A stretch of DNA of 49,083 nt, the filler included, from Porpidia crustulata (lineage: Eukaryota), in NCBI GenBank assembly GCA_964255105.1. It is 2 parts of 2 records of this genome, joined end to end, with 100 filler letters (N's around TTAATTAATTAA, not from the genome) between each part and the next. Parts side by side here need not be neighbours in the genome. Positions count along the whole stretch, not along the records: positions 1 to 24,498 come from CAXUWE010000057.1; 1 more part is not named here. One strand, 5' to 3'. The translations under genes and the position numbers were made by a program. The first letter of the stretch is position 1. Every line of letters starts with the position of its first letter. Below are positions 1-13,417 of the stretch, in pieces. Below the pieces are notes generated by a model. The model ran no database searches and was not told the origin of the DNA. It worked only from the letters and a program-made list of their open reading frames with translations.

Positions 1-914
1 GTACTGCTCACAGAAGGGTGTCATCGGTGTCCGAGGTTTCCGGATGAGACCCCAGCACCAGCGTACCGCGAAGCCCTCGCCGCCACCTTTTCTCCACCCG
101 GCGTCTGCAAAAATTACGAGCATGGTCCGGCGTTTTGATTTCACGCTTCCTCCGAACGTCATTGTTGCTGGCTTATATTCTGGGGTGGGTGGCACCAAAC
201 GTGTAAGCTAAGGAGATTTGCGAAATACCCCAGGGTTTCTAGGTCTTGCTTTCATAGGGGGGGAACTTGGGACGATGTCATGCGATGTACGTATAGGTTG
301 GGATCTGCTATTTTAGAAGAGGAACGGACAATCAATAGGGAAATGAAAGGAAGTCGCGTTGACAAAGAGGACTTGCGGGCAGTGTGTTGGTATGATGGTC
401 TAGCAATGTGACGTTGCGCCTGCAATGAACCTCTCAATCTGAGGAACTTCACAAATGTCGCCAGTCCCAGATATAGCTTCAACGCTCTTTTCTCTTCCCA
501 CTTTCTAAAGCAGGCGTTTTCCAGAATTAGCCCCCCCCCGACGTTGCGCGCCATTCGTTTTCCGGCTTCGGTTCAGCTACAATGGATAGGTCTGACACAC
601 AGGGGCTGAGCAAGCAAAGTCAACCGGGTAACAGAACATCTGCTTGCGCGTTGGGAAAATGAAGACGAAGAGGGAGGAACCAGGTCCCAAAAGTTGTGGC
701 AGTATCTTGCTCGGGGATGGAAGAGTTTCATGTTGTCAAGTAGTTGTACGTGTATGTATAGACATGTATCCAACGCCTTTCAACGCCGTCGTCTCCTGCA
801 TGACACCTTGTCATGGGCCCCCCTCACGTACTTGACACTAATTCTCGGATCATAACTGAGTCCCATTCCACCTCCACCAACATTTCATTCCGTCCCTCTT
901 GTCCTCTTGCCCGC

Positions 915-3900
915 TCATGCCCACACCAACTTCTTCAATGAGTGACCCCATTGCTCTAGCAGCCCCGTGCTCTTCCTTGCATCCCCCAAACTTATAATCT
1001 CACTATCTTCAATGAAGCTTCTGTCAGGTTTCTCTCTATCTCTGCTTCCACCAGCACCACCGCTGTCCGCACCAGTAGCTTTTTGGATCTCAATGCAGAT
1101 GTTTGTTACAAGTTCTCGTTCGGTAGGGGAGTGTGTGGGAGGGCAGGAAGACGAGGCAAAGCTAGAGCGAGCGGAAAGGGCTTTGAAGGCAAGGATCTTG
1201 AGGGTCGAGTGGTCGCCTTTGGAGGTCTTAATCTTACCTTTCGGCTCGTCGCCATTGTCGTTCACTTGGGAATGTTCAGCCTGCTGTTGAGCGCCTTCTT
1301 CCTCGGATTTGATTTCTTCTGTTTCGGCGGCCGTGTTTAAAGACCTGGTGTTTACCCTCGAAATATCTTCCTTGCCTGGTCGATACTTGACTACAAATCC
1401 AACATTCCTCTGCTCATCCGTCTGTGCAGCCGCTAATGTTGATGTGATATAAGTCCCGCATAGGATACCCGTGATGCTTCTGAGGTCGACTCTCTCGAAC
1501 GAGGACACCTTCTCCATATTCCAGTTGAAGCGAACAGCATAAAGTGCGGCGTCCGTGACCAGCAAAACCACCTCTTCAAACGGGAACGTCCGAACAGTAT
1601 TTGGTTCCCTGGGACTCAGCAAAGTCCAACCGCTAATCAACTCTTCGCTTTGATCAGCAATCACGATTTTGGAGCTCGTGTCAATGGCATTAGCGCGCAA
1701 TTTTGGCATAGACATTGCCGGATCCCCACTCATCATTTCTGCTTCAAATTCCTCAAAGACCTGTGGGGTGACATTTCCCAAAAAGAAATCGACAGCAGCC
1801 TGAGAGAAGTAGTCGTTCACAATATTATTGAAGTATCTGCTCAGTGTGAGTCCAAAATCGTTCAGCGCCCCCCGATAATTGCGCTTTCGCGTTCTTGTGT
1901 AATCGCCTTTGAGCGCAGCAGTCGAGGAATACTGCTTCGATATTGCGTCGCCATTATCGGCCCAAAGAGTATTGAACCATTGCGTCGTGGGATCATGTTG
2001 CAGATTTACCTCCAAACCCTCCTGTTTGAGATGAGATTCAAGGACGCGTTGGGCGCAGGCGGATTGGACCACGTTTGTGCGATCAAGACAGTCCATACAA
2101 TTTGTACGGAGGATACCAACTTGTCTGCGAGTGATGGTATCATTCTGCTCGACAGTCCAGCCAAAATCTTCAATCCTGGAGTCTAAGAGGTCGATCAACT
2201 TGGCAACATTTTCGAATTTCATGCCTCTGCATTCTGTGTGATAGTCCCACCATATGATCGCCAGCTTTTTGTTTGCCTGTTCTGTTTCCTCGTTCAGCTG
2301 CCGTGCGTGCCCCTCGTACTGCTGTCCGATTTGCATCTCGCCGCCATGCTTATCGACTAGCAGGACAATCTGAACGAGGCCGTACTTGGCCTGAAGATTT
2401 GCAAAGTGGCGTCTGAATGCCACATGATTCGTCTCGGGTGAATGCTGTAGAACAGGCACCGGCTTGAAAGAGTATGGCGATTGGGAGAAGAACAGTGGGA
2501 TTGAGCCTCGAATTTGCGTGAAGGAGTAGACATTGTCTGAAGCTCCCCAGGACGCTTTTGAGAGGATTTGTTCCGTTTCGACGCTGTTTGCTGTATGGCC
2601 GTCATCGTCGACCCCTCGCCGCAAATAGCGGAGGCCAGGGCGTAATATGGATCTCCGTGATATCAGTGTCAGCAGATAGCTAGTGTCCCTCTTTTCGCTA
2701 TTCTGTAATTCAATGACGTTCTTGGGGTCCTCTCGAGCTTCAGATATGTTTTGAAATGGACGTCCTGGAGCATCAGCTATGGTGAAAGCCCGCTGCCCGA
2801 CAAAGCCTTGCATCAAGGGAAGTACAAAGGCGTGATACCCACCATCAATGAACGGTGATGTCAGATGGTGATTCCAAAAAAACTTATATAATCAGTCAGC
2901 CTTTGCATTCAAAAGAAGTACGAAACTGAAAGTGTTATGGAGAGCTTACAAGTGGATCCACAGTCCTATGCATTGGTATCTCGGGGCTTTTGACTTCTTG
3001 ACTACCCAGCCGTCGCGTTATATCGCAATCGTATGAAAAGAAGAAGCTCCGAGACCCAAAAAGCATCTTCGTAGTTCGGAGCAGCTTCGGAAGGAGAGTG
3101 AATGCAACGTCGTTCATATTAGGGCCCTTGGTTTGACTACCACTCGGTGACTGCTCTATTGGGCCTTTTTTAATACTGGGTAAACCACTCACACTCTGAG
3201 CGATCGTCGATGTGTAGAGCTGGGCTTGATCTGGCTTTTCTGTGTCGACACCGCATCCGTCCACCTGTGATTGTCCCATCGTATCTGTACTCATTCCTTG
3301 AGCCCTCTTCTTCTCCGTACTCCACCCCTTCTTCGAGAACCATCTGTCCGCGAATCTTCCGTACTGCCCCTTTCTGCCAATAACATCTTCAGCCACACTG
3401 GAGGTTGTGTCCTTGGTTCCTGGTAACGGCACAGATGCCGGGATTGTTGGCGATGCCGAGCCTGCAGATTTGGGTTCATCATCGTCGGTATGGCTATCTT
3501 CAGGATGGATCTCTTCGTCGTCTGAAGTGTCGCTATCACCCGCTACTCTACCCTGCCCAGCCGCCTCCTTTTTCAAATTCTCCTTGGCTTCTAATATTGC
3601 AATTTCTGCGTCTTGTTGCGACGACACAGGTATCAGAGTAACTCTAGTGATTGTGTATATCGGTGATCCTCGAATCTGTGCGACTTGCTCTCGGCTCGAG
3701 ATAGATAACAAGTAGGAAACCGAGGCGACTGTCAAGAGTCCTACATGTACATCGCTATCAGTGGGAGGAAGTTATGTCTCATCCAAAGGGTGACTACCAA
3801 CAATGCCATGACTATCGATCGAGATTGATGCTCCGTCTTTTATATGCGGAATATTGTCTGCAGGGCTGATTTGATGAGTCTTATATTTGATAGAGAGACC

Positions 3901-3993
3901 GGGTGTAGCTCTTTGGTTGCGATGAGTTGACGGCTGAAGTACGAGACCATCGACAGCAGCTGAGATGAACAATTTACGTACCAGTACGGGCAT
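915..3993 (-). CDS. SacI-homology phosphoinositide phosphatase with C-terminal hSac2-like domain (INPP5F/Sac2-like), 3 exons
   Basis: Exons 3993-3798, 3740-2950 and 2882-915 join in frame through GT-AG introns 3741-3797 and 2883-2949. Sac motifs are present: LISRRS..RPGLRYLRRG, NSVETEQI, QIRGSIP, catalytic RTNCMDCLDRTNVVQ, and WADNGDAIS.QY. Confidence 0.93.
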
Positions 3994-4280
3994 TTTCGGA
4001 GGCAGTGAACCGAATCACTCTCACTATCGACCTCACTACGATTCTACGGTACGTGATGGAGTAACGCCGATGACGTAAGTACCGTCACAGGCACTGTGCA
4101 TCTGACGAGTATCTACTCGAAACGCAAGACCAAAACGGCCGTATCCTCGAATGTGGCAAGATTCTTACTGTAAATAAAACCACAGGCAACAGAAATACAT
4201 CATGTGCTAAATCTCGTTGATCCATGCAGTAGGCCGACAAGCATGCGCCAATCTCCTGGTATCTTAGCTCCTATCCTAAA

Positions 4281-6280
4281 TCAAAGCCAGATTGAACTCC
4301 CTGTCTCAGATATAGAGAAAGTACACCCTAATTGAGCCTCCCTTTCACGCTCTTGTAGCTGCGTGAATATCGTTTCACTGAGTGGTGGGCCATCCTTCAG
4401 CGTATCTTTTACGTGTATTATGATAATTTGAAGACCTTCCAGCGGTCGAGTGCCCGATAATTGCTCGTATACCGGCATCGATGGAGTGCACATCATGCCA
4501 TTATCCTGATCCGTCCCAACGGCTGCACCCTCAAGATTGGGGATCAGGTCCAATCCACGGCCGGGAGGACGAGTGGAAGTAGGACTGATGCTCAGCACTA
4601 GGGAATTCTGCCACGATTTTGGTGTCGTTGGCCCTTCTGCAGTCTCTTCAGAGGGGCTGGCGCCCGAAGTTTTTGTTCTCTGCCGCGTCTGGTGCGGATT
4701 GTGTCCTCGTTGACTTAGATCGCCCTGATCACCGTGCATATTGAATCCGTTACTTTGGCGCTTACGTTTTCGCGATAACAACGCCTCTTCGCTGCGTTTG
4801 ATCGCAGCAACTTTTTCACCGAGAACTTGAAGCTCTACCATCAGATGACGTGGCGTAAGGTGTCCGAATAGCAATTTATCCTCTCGAGAGTCTTCGTAGG
4901 AACACTCAATAACAATACCTGTAAGGACTCCAGCACTGACTTTCGGCGCAGCGTCATGCCAAACCATAGCATTCCTAGGATTGGCTGAAAGAGTGTCTGG
5001 TTCGACATCACCAAATATGAGTACTTCGTTGCCGGTTTGTTCGTCGCGCAGGAAGAATGCAGCGCTCTCTATCACACTATCCATAGCGTTTCCTTGGCTT
5101 TGTCTGCGAGAAGGTGTGCTCCGTGACGATCTTGCAGGAAATTCTTGGGGGAAGTGTCCTTCCTGTATATTACCACCATTACTTCCACGATGGCTATCCC
5201 CTCTCATGCAGCTACCATGACTGACACTTCTGCTTTTCACTGCCAATCCATCACATAACTCGATATAGCCCCGGCCCCCACCTTCACCTACTGCCTTATT
5301 CCCCCCTTCAGAAAGCCGCGAGTAACTCAACAAGCCAATTCCACCGTCCTCGTCGGACATATTCGGCCATATCACGTCGTTGAAGATATGAGCTTTGATG
5401 GCATCGATCGTGGACGGTAGCGCCGCAAGCCGCTTGGGACGAGAGGTCTGCTCGAATGAGGCTGTATTGACACCGAAACCCGCCATGTGGTCTAAGTGGG
5501 GATGGGTTATCAAATATGTTGTGATAAGCTTACGGATTATGTAGGCCGCATTTGCCTTTGCAGACTCATGTGGAAGCTCGAGACCAGCGAAAGGGCCGGT
5601 CGTGAGGCATAGCTTAGGCTTGGAGGTGTCTCCAGGAAGTATGGGAGACGCTATGCTACTCCCTTTGACCTGGTTTAGCAATTCCGAATCTGCAATACGA
5701 CTTGACAGATGAGTTGACTTAGTCGGTGAGGTCACGCCGTTGACATGGGATGCTGTCGCTTCGACTGTGTACACGAAGCTTGCGGCCTCCGAGGGTCTTC
5801 TGTAAACTGCATTTGGCAGATGCTCTTCAAGAATTCTGATGATTGAAGCCAAATGAGTACCTCCATCAACTGCGAGTATAGAATCTTTGGTCCACTCAGT
5901 TGCTGCCGATCTGACGAGAAGGCCTGTAGTATTGTCCTCGATAGGACCACCCCCGGATCCCTAGTTCATAAAACGTTAGCATGATTCCCAAAATCTATCA
6001 AGCTCATGTTCGGATTCATGGTATGGCTGTGTCAAATATCACGGAATGCAAGGTCGACAAACGCTGCTGCAGGAGAGCTGCGCAAGCCTCCCGAGACAAT
6101 TATCAAACTTGGATTTGGGGACAATTGCATATGGAAACGAGGTAATCCAAGCGCAAGTAGTTGAACAAAGCCAGGCTTGATACACAGCTGTTCCGTACTC
6201 ACCAATACAATAATCTGGAATGCTGGTACGCCGGTCCGATTGCCCCCAGCGTCTGCCGCCTCAACCCCATCAACTCTCAT
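4281..6280 (-). CDS. PDE1: Class II (low-affinity, metallo-beta-lactamase fold) cAMP phosphodiesterase, 2 exons
   Basis: Exon 6280-6203 (MRVD...FQIIVL), intron 5961-6202, exon 5960-4281 (GSGGGPIEDNTTG...). It has the class II PDE signature ITHPHLDH plus FNDVIWPNM, FGDVEPD, IECSY, LFGHLTP and IHVK. Confidence 0.92.
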
Positions 6281-6691
6281 TGAACGTTATTGCGAGTGCT
6301 TTGAAATACGAGTGCCAAGGGGTGATTGAGAAATCCTGCGCTGCATTGACACAGGGTTCCGTCTGCGCTTCACACAATCCTAGTCCCGATGTCCGCTAAT
6401 CCCCCAAGTGCGGGTGTATCTGGCTGCAGTTACCCGTACTGCTGCTGACGTTTGAGTATTTTGCGAGGTTGATCTTGAGGCTACACCGCAGGAATCCGGA
6501 GGGGTTAGCGGTTCGAGAGACAGGTTGCTGGTCTTTGCATATGATGATAGCGACTGATACTCCTTATGATGGAGAAGGCGTCAGATGTAAAGGAATGTTC
6601 ACTTCCAATCAGCATGAAGCATTGTTGTCTGATGAACTCATCGGATTGTGCGCTTGGTTTATTATTGGGTTGTCCCAAACATGACACGCTA

Positions 6692-6800
6692 CTCGTACTC
6701 ACCCCTAGTTTGGCCACACCCCTATCTCGGCCACCAAACCAAGGGTTAGGGTTAAAAATCCAAATTAAGCGAGCGTGGCCGAGCTAGGGGTGAGTACGGG
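6692..6800. mobile_element. 109-bp MITE / internally deleted Tc1-mariner (Fot1/pogo-like) element
   Basis: 26-bp TIRs at 6692-6717 (CTCGTACTCACCCCTAGTTTGGCCAC) and 6775-6800 (reverse complement CCCGTACTCACCCCTAGCTCGGCCAC), 23/26 identical. TA flanks both ends (6690-6691 and 6801-6802). A second internal copy of the CCCCTA..T.GGCCAC motif lies at about 6719-6734. Confidence 0.8.
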
Positions 6801-9476
6801 TAACCGATTTTCGTCCAAACTTTACGTGTTGAGCTAGTCGATGAAAACGGCTATCTCAAACTATCATTTCCATAAGCTGCAAATAGAATCTCAGATCCTT
6901 TCACAATGGAGGGCACAAACAATTGCCATGCATTTAATCGAGCGACTTAAAAGGTGAACGAAACGGTAGCTTTTAGTCCTTACCGTTGTCTTTGCACTCG
7001 TTACTATTGCAATCATTCTCATCACTACACTTTTGATCAGCGTTCCACTTCGCTTCTGACCTTTTCTCATCTTCTCCTCTCCTTGCAGTGACTCCATGTT
7101 CCAGATACAGGTCAAGAGAATATCGAAAAGAAGCGAGAAGGACAGTCGATTTGTTATTTCCTTATTTTCCCTTTCGCTCTTACCTCATCCTAATCATTCC
7201 TTTCTTTTAATCCGGCGTTCTGTCATCTTCAACTTCTTCATGAACCTTGGAGCCAATGACTCAACATCTGACGAATCCATCGAGAAATAATTTACCGCAG
7301 CACCAGGTTTTCAACCCGCGATTATTAATCGATGATTGATTTCAAAGATGGTCTGACACGTACCAACGTAGTTTGACTAATTTACACATCGTATCTGAGA
7401 TGCCTTGCGAGGGAACGTTGCAGATGCACGTTGTGGGGCCGTCCCAGAGTCTCTCAACATCCTCACAACTTATCTTCCTACTGATCCAGCGATCGGAACG
7501 GTGAATCTTATTGTGGAGCAGTCAAAGCTGACAACGGTCAATGAGAGGCGCAAGAAATTACGCCGCGAGATACGACAATCTGACAAGAGCTTTATAGCGC
7601 TACGCAAACCTCTTTGCCACCGAGCTTCGTAAGTCCTATATTGTCCCCAGAGCTTCCATATGAGCTTCTATTTCGTTCCCTTATACCATCATCTAATCTA
7701 TCCATCTCATTAAGCAAGACAACCCTCCAAATCACCATGTTCGCCAATACTGTAGCCCTCCCATTTCCCCCTTCATCCCTTCCACCAATGCTAAATCTTA
7801 AAAATAGCTCACCCTACTACCGGTCCTCTTGGCCCTGACCCAAGCCAGCCCCCTCGCTGCCCGTCAAACATATACAACAAATTTCACGACGGAGATTGGC
7901 ACCACAACCTGCTCAGGTGGTCAAGCCCTTCCAGGCACGATATCCACGGACACTGGCTGCATTAACCTTACTGCCAGCAGTCATTTGATTGGGGAGATTC
8001 CTGGTTAGCAATCCCCTTGATTCTTTTGTACCAACACCTTGCGTCTAGTCGGCCGCCACGGTTGCAGAGCTTCCTACCATGCCTATAAAGCAGCTGGAGT
8101 GTTCCCTTTACCATAGGAGTGTACCCGTTACAACGACTAACGTGGTGATATTATTATCTAGCGGTCGACTGCAAATTCACCATTTACAATGGCTGGGGCT
8201 GCCCTGCTGGCGCTGTAGATACCGTAACGGATGTTGCTGCGGGTAGTGGAGATGTTTGTGCGGCTGCAGGCGTCTATGATGGCGGAGTGTGCTCGTATTG
8301 TGTGAAGAAGAGTGCGATATTCTCTTGTGCTTGATTCGGGGTTTAGATGTGGAAGAATTGTAGAAGCTTCACAGAGTCTATTAGGCAAAGATCAATCTTG
8401 GTTCCGTCTTAATATTACACTCATTAGATTCTTGCATATTGCTACTCCCTTATGGTTCATTAATTTGATAGATATTCGCGACAACTCTTTTCTTTCAATC
8501 TCGGGACTTCAACCCGATGCCCTTGACCACCGTGGTTTAGTTGTGCACATTTGCAGGTAGATCTTCTCATTATCGTACAGCTTTGAGGTCTTGATAGCCC
8601 TACTAGCACCTCTTACAGAGAACGATTTGGCGAATTTCGAATTCTTCATGCACTAGTCATCGAAAGAAGCCCACTTCTCCCAGAAATCAATCCGCAACAG
8701 GTCCAGCGTAATACGTCGACGAACAGATTTCGCCAGTCTACAAGTCTTATGTCCAGCAGCCAACTCCCTCAAAAATATTATTTCCCTCCACACCGGCAAC
8801 ACCTGGTTCTGTTGTATCCAGGTGACTTGAAGACTATGGGCCGTCCGACCACCCAGTCACACTGTTCTATGGGCACTCATCGTGTATTGGTGAAAAAATG
8901 GCTTGCATGTGAGATCTTCCAGAGTCGCTCGAGACGCGAGTTCTAGCAATGTCGCGCGCACTCTACCAAGACCCATCATGGTATTCCACCACATAAGTCA
9001 GTACCCCAAGTGCCCATGTTACGACGAAAGAGATATGGTACATGGTGTTGAGGGTTTACCCTTCAATTCCGAACAAGGCATTGGCGAAATAAGAGATGAT
9101 GACGAGATAAGTCGATTGATAAAGGCAGGAGATGCTGCAGGCAGTGGTCAATGAGCATCCTGAACAAAAGATCAACCATGAGCTTGCAGGCCACCACTAA
9201 CAGGACTCGGAACGGATTCGCCGAAGCAGTAGATGAAAAGTTATACCAGGTAAAAAGATCACCTTGAGCATATATACTACAACCACTATAGCTTCCCGCA
9301 TCGTACCCTACGCTGTCCCGTTCTCACAGCCGTTTTTGAAACCCGAGCCCAGACCGGTTTATCGCCCCAACCCATGATGCCGACTCCTTCCATTTCCCCA
9401 AAACGCTATAATTCTAATCAATTCCTTCCAATGCATCCATGGGACGTCGTAAGCAGACCAAAGCTAACGTGATCGT

Positions 9477-11142
9477 TTAATCGTTACTCTCATCCTGATC
9501 TCGATCCCAATCCCGATCCCGATGCAACACCTGTCCTCTTCCTCGCCGCGGATCGTCGTTCCCAACCGCGACATCATAACTTGGGACTTCTGGACTCAAA
9601 CTTGAGCCCCTCAACAGCGGCCTTTCCTCATCCCCTTCATCCTCTGCACTATTCCGCTGACTTTGCATCATAAGAGAGCCTTCCGGACTTGTGTAATCCG
9701 GTGGCGGCTGCCCTGAGAAGTCAAGGGTCTCCACGAACCTGGCCCCAAATGCATCGCGACTTGTACCCTCACCAACGTCTTCGTTCGAAGGAATGTGGGC
9801 GAGCTGTGCCAGCGATATCTCTGTAGGTGAACGTATGGGTCCTGGGCTCATCGGGGGAGCAGCGCGGACATGTCCACTCCAGGATCGAGAATGCCTAGCG
9901 TCAGGGTAGGAAGACTGGTTGGCTTGATTGCCTGCACTATCTCGGCCGGCCTCGAGGAGGATGCTTCCTTGCTCGCTCCCGTACGGGGGGGGGGGAGCAA
10001 GACTTCCTGTCATGGGCGCGAGCCCCCATTTCTTTACATTGGCCTCTATGAATACGAAACCGCTTTGCCCAAAGTTGACATGGATTGTACAAGGGCCATT
10101 GGCGCCTACGGTGGGGAATAAATTCTGGGTTTTGAGGCCGTGAGCAACGTCATCAAGCTTTTTGCCGTTGCGTGTGAAGAAGACAGTGCCAGTCCGAGGA
10201 CGGTAACCAACACCGATAACATCACCTTGAACGAATTCAGGACCGTAGTCTGATGGATTAAAAGGCTGGTTGAAGCGGCGATGGCCGTTGGAAGTGTAAG
10301 CTATTGAGGATTTGTGCCATCCTATAGGAGGTTAAAGTTTCGAAACCCAGAAGATTGACGCGGAGTGACTGACCTGGTAATCTGAAGAGTGGGTATGGCT
10401 TGGTGGACATTCCAATACTTAGAAGAGACGATTCTGGCTTGTCGTAAATCTTGGCTTCCCAATAGTACACTTCATTTTGCTTTGGTACAGGTAGGTTACT
10501 CTGGACGCTGCATTCCGAATCGAAGAACTCTATCTCTGTTCGCCCTTCAACGAAGCAGTTTGCAATTTCAAGCTCAGGTTCAAACTCCCATGCTGAGACA
10601 CCCTTTTCTTGTATGGCCAGGAACTGTGATAGCGAGATATCGGTCTGGAACGACTCTGGTGGGTTGGCTTGTATGAATGCTATGAAGGATCAAGTACTTA
10701 GCTATTGGTGCTTTGGAAGAGGCCCGTAGCGTCAATACGAGAATCGTTCCCTACCTTTTGCCCTCAGATACTCAAGCCTGTCAAGGTCACTCATGTCCTC
10801 CAGCGCTCCCGCCTCCTCTCTCGCCAAAGCCTGCTCATCGTCGTATTCTCCCGGTGTCCCTATCCGATCCAAGAATATCCTTCCACGACTTGTGTACCTG
10901 AAAAAGTAGAAGATGGCGAAGATGAGAACAACGAAGGCGGCGGAGCCAAAGGCGGAAAGCATGCCGATGAGGATGCCTTTTCCGGTCGATCCATTATTGC
11001 TGCTGATATTGATAACAATGTTGGTCCCCTCATGTAGCGGTGTCTCTTTCCAGGGAGGGGAGGTCTCGGTAATAGTGTGGGAGGCGGGAATAAATGACGT
11101 TGAGAGAGTGGTCGCAAACTCTTCCGTACCAGTCTTGGACAT
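9477..11142 (-). CDS. SSH4: Ssh4/Ear1-like single-TM SPRY-domain protein (Rsp5 adaptor family), 3 exons
   Basis: Exons 11142-10755, 10679-10374 and 10321-9477. It has an N-terminal TM helix (ILIGMLSAFGSAAFVVLIFAIFYFF), a SPRY core (YYWEAKIYDKP, TKPYPLFRLPGWHK, GDVIGVGYRP, FFTRNGKKL, ANFGQSGFVFIEANVKKWG) and PPPPY/PPPDY PY motifs. Confidence 0.88.
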
Positions 11143-11666
11143 CTTATTGCATTCTGCCGATATAGTTGTAGATACAAGCTTTTACGTGGTGAATCATAGA
11201 CCAGAGTCGGCTTTGCTCTGAGTTGCTGCGTAAAGCATAGCCTGAATGGGTCTAGATAGTTTCATGACCCGTGACCGTGGGACCGGCAGACCATCTTCAG
11301 TATTTTGTTACGATGAATACCTTCGGCTGTACCTACTTAGCCGGCTATGCAGCGACGGAATAATTATTATGCGTCTTGATCCGCGGGAAGTCACAGTGGA
11401 AGCCAAAAGTCATTGGATAAAGCGGACGGGAGAATACCGCTAAAATGTGTAATGACTTTCGGCGCCCGCGGCTCGTGACTTACGCAACCCAGATCTGGCA
11501 CGTATCAAATACCTAAGCTAAGCACTGTAAGGTACCAACCCCTCCATCCACAAGGTTCTCATGGTCTTGGATCTACATTCGGTATATCTAGTCTACCGAA
11601 TGCTGCGATGTAGCTCCCGACTACCCACCTACCACCTACTTATGCATCATATGAATTCAAATATTC

Positions 11667-12791
11667 TCATCTCACACCTAGTTGAGCTTCCTTAGCATCC
11701 CTTCCACTCTTGTTCTGTTCCTGTGTCCTCGCCAAAGTCTTTGCCTTGGCATCTCCAATCCAATTTTGATACACGTCTTCGCTATCCCGCAGTTTGGCCC
11801 CCGCCACACCCTTGAGTACCTCTCCAATAAACCCGATGAAATTATGCTTCCGTAGAGCATTCTCCCACTGCCACGCGTTCCTCTTTTGTTCCTCCCGATA
11901 TAACCAATCTTGATCCCCAACTTCCCTCGCGCGTAAACGCAGGTCACGCACCATGGCGAGGAGATTGAACCTTATCTCGTGCGCAGGGTAGCGCTCGATG
12001 CGCCGCTGAAGCACAGGTATGACTTTGCCAGGAAAGTCATCAAAAGTACAGCTGCCATGAGAGATAGGGGCAGGCTGAAGGCCGTCGAGCTCGTATAGTA
12101 CGCCATTGATGGGGGTATAGGCGATGAAGTGGTAAACATCATCTTCTTCGGTGGCTTGCCGCTGGGCTTCGTCGATGAAGGGCGAGGAACGAGCAAAGGA
12201 GTTGTGGACGTCTCGAATCAGTTCTGAGTTGGAAAGCGCTTCCCCTCGTAGCTGTAAGGATCAGATCAGCTTGCGACAGATGCATAGACCTTAGAAGCAA
12301 CTCTTACATCTGAAGGGAAAGCGCCTGTAAATTCCTTGAATTCTTTGAGCTGCGGCCCGATTTCCAGCTGGTCTTGCTTGTTCAAGAGAACAGATAGAAG
12401 CGCTTGTGTACCGCAAGCATTTTGTATCGTCTGCGCAGCGAAAAAGAGCGTTTCTGCCGCCTCGAAGTCAAATTGCCCATCATTGGGGGTATCAGTGGGC
12501 TTCTCGCCCGAAGGATATTTGAAGAGGAAGATGACGCCATAAACAGGACTGCAGAGATCCGACGGGTCAGATGAAGCTGTCGAGTGGGTTCCCGAGTAAG
12601 GCGCACCTTTGCTGCCGCAGGAATTCAGCGTCGAGAGCTACAAGCTCTTCGAATTGCACATCTTTGACACCGAGGTTATCGACCAGATAGGTAAAGACAC
12701 CCTAGAGAAGTCAGCCAGCGTAAGTGTAGAAAGCGACTCGTTCTATCACGCTTACTGCATCGGATTCGATCGTGTTCCATCCTGCGGACAT
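11667..12791 (-). CDS. UCH2: Ubiquitin C-terminal hydrolase UCH37/UCH-L5 (peptidase C12), 4 exons
   Basis: Exons 12791-12756, 12701-12607, 12548-12308 and 12251-11667. Motifs: MSAGWNTIESDAGVFT, catalytic QTIQNACGTQA, YHFIAY, YELDG, and the C-terminal ENALRKHNF typical of UCH37. Confidence 0.92.
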
Positions 12792-13417
12792 TATTGAATA
12801 AGGATATTGTGGAAAATCGTAGTGGAAAAGATGTGACGGACGATTCCAAGGCTTTCGTTCGTAAGCGAAGCATTTACGACTATCTATGATCAAAACATCA
12901 TTTATCTATTTATATTTGTATTTGATATCGGTCACAAACCTCCAGTGGTTCTTCATGCGTAGCAAATCTGACATTACAGACTTGACTCTCTCCATGCACA
13001 CGCCGTTGGAAAGCTCAAGCACAGATAGAGTACTGTGTAATAGACAATAGATTACTATTTCACTGCCATTAATTACTATGATAATCAATACCATAGTTCC
13101 TGGTTTCGAAGACTCCACCCTCCAGCCAGAAAGGCCGCCAGAATGCTGCTGTTAATTTTACAAATGCTATCATCGCTGTTTCGATCCCTTAAATCCCACT
13201 TGCTAGATATCGCATTTTCATGATTCCGTATCCATGGCCCGCAAACTGGATTGTGAATATTATAAGACCAGCCATTTGGAGACAAGGTGAGATTGTTCGT
13301 CTCAACAAGCTTAGAACGAAGAAGCAGATTAAGGTCGTTCAATGGTATCGCCGTTCTTTGCCCTTTTGTAAAGACTCATCGTACTGGGGTGTCCTGGATC
13401 TCGGGTCAGGTCCGCTA

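Noticed and set aside
1..835. Short ORFs at the window start
   Set aside because: There are no recognisable motifs, and I cannot support a gene model without the flanking sequence.
5961..6202. Unusually long PDE1 intron as a snoRNA host or stwintron
   Set aside because: I found no convincing C/D boxes or nested splice sites by eye.
6742..6754. Telomere or interstitial telomeric array
   Set aside because: It is only about two TTAGGG units and lies inside the MITE.
8450..9300. Possible decayed membrane-protein gene on the minus strand
   Set aside because: It has some hydrophobic fragments but multiple stops and no recognisable family, so it is too weak to call.
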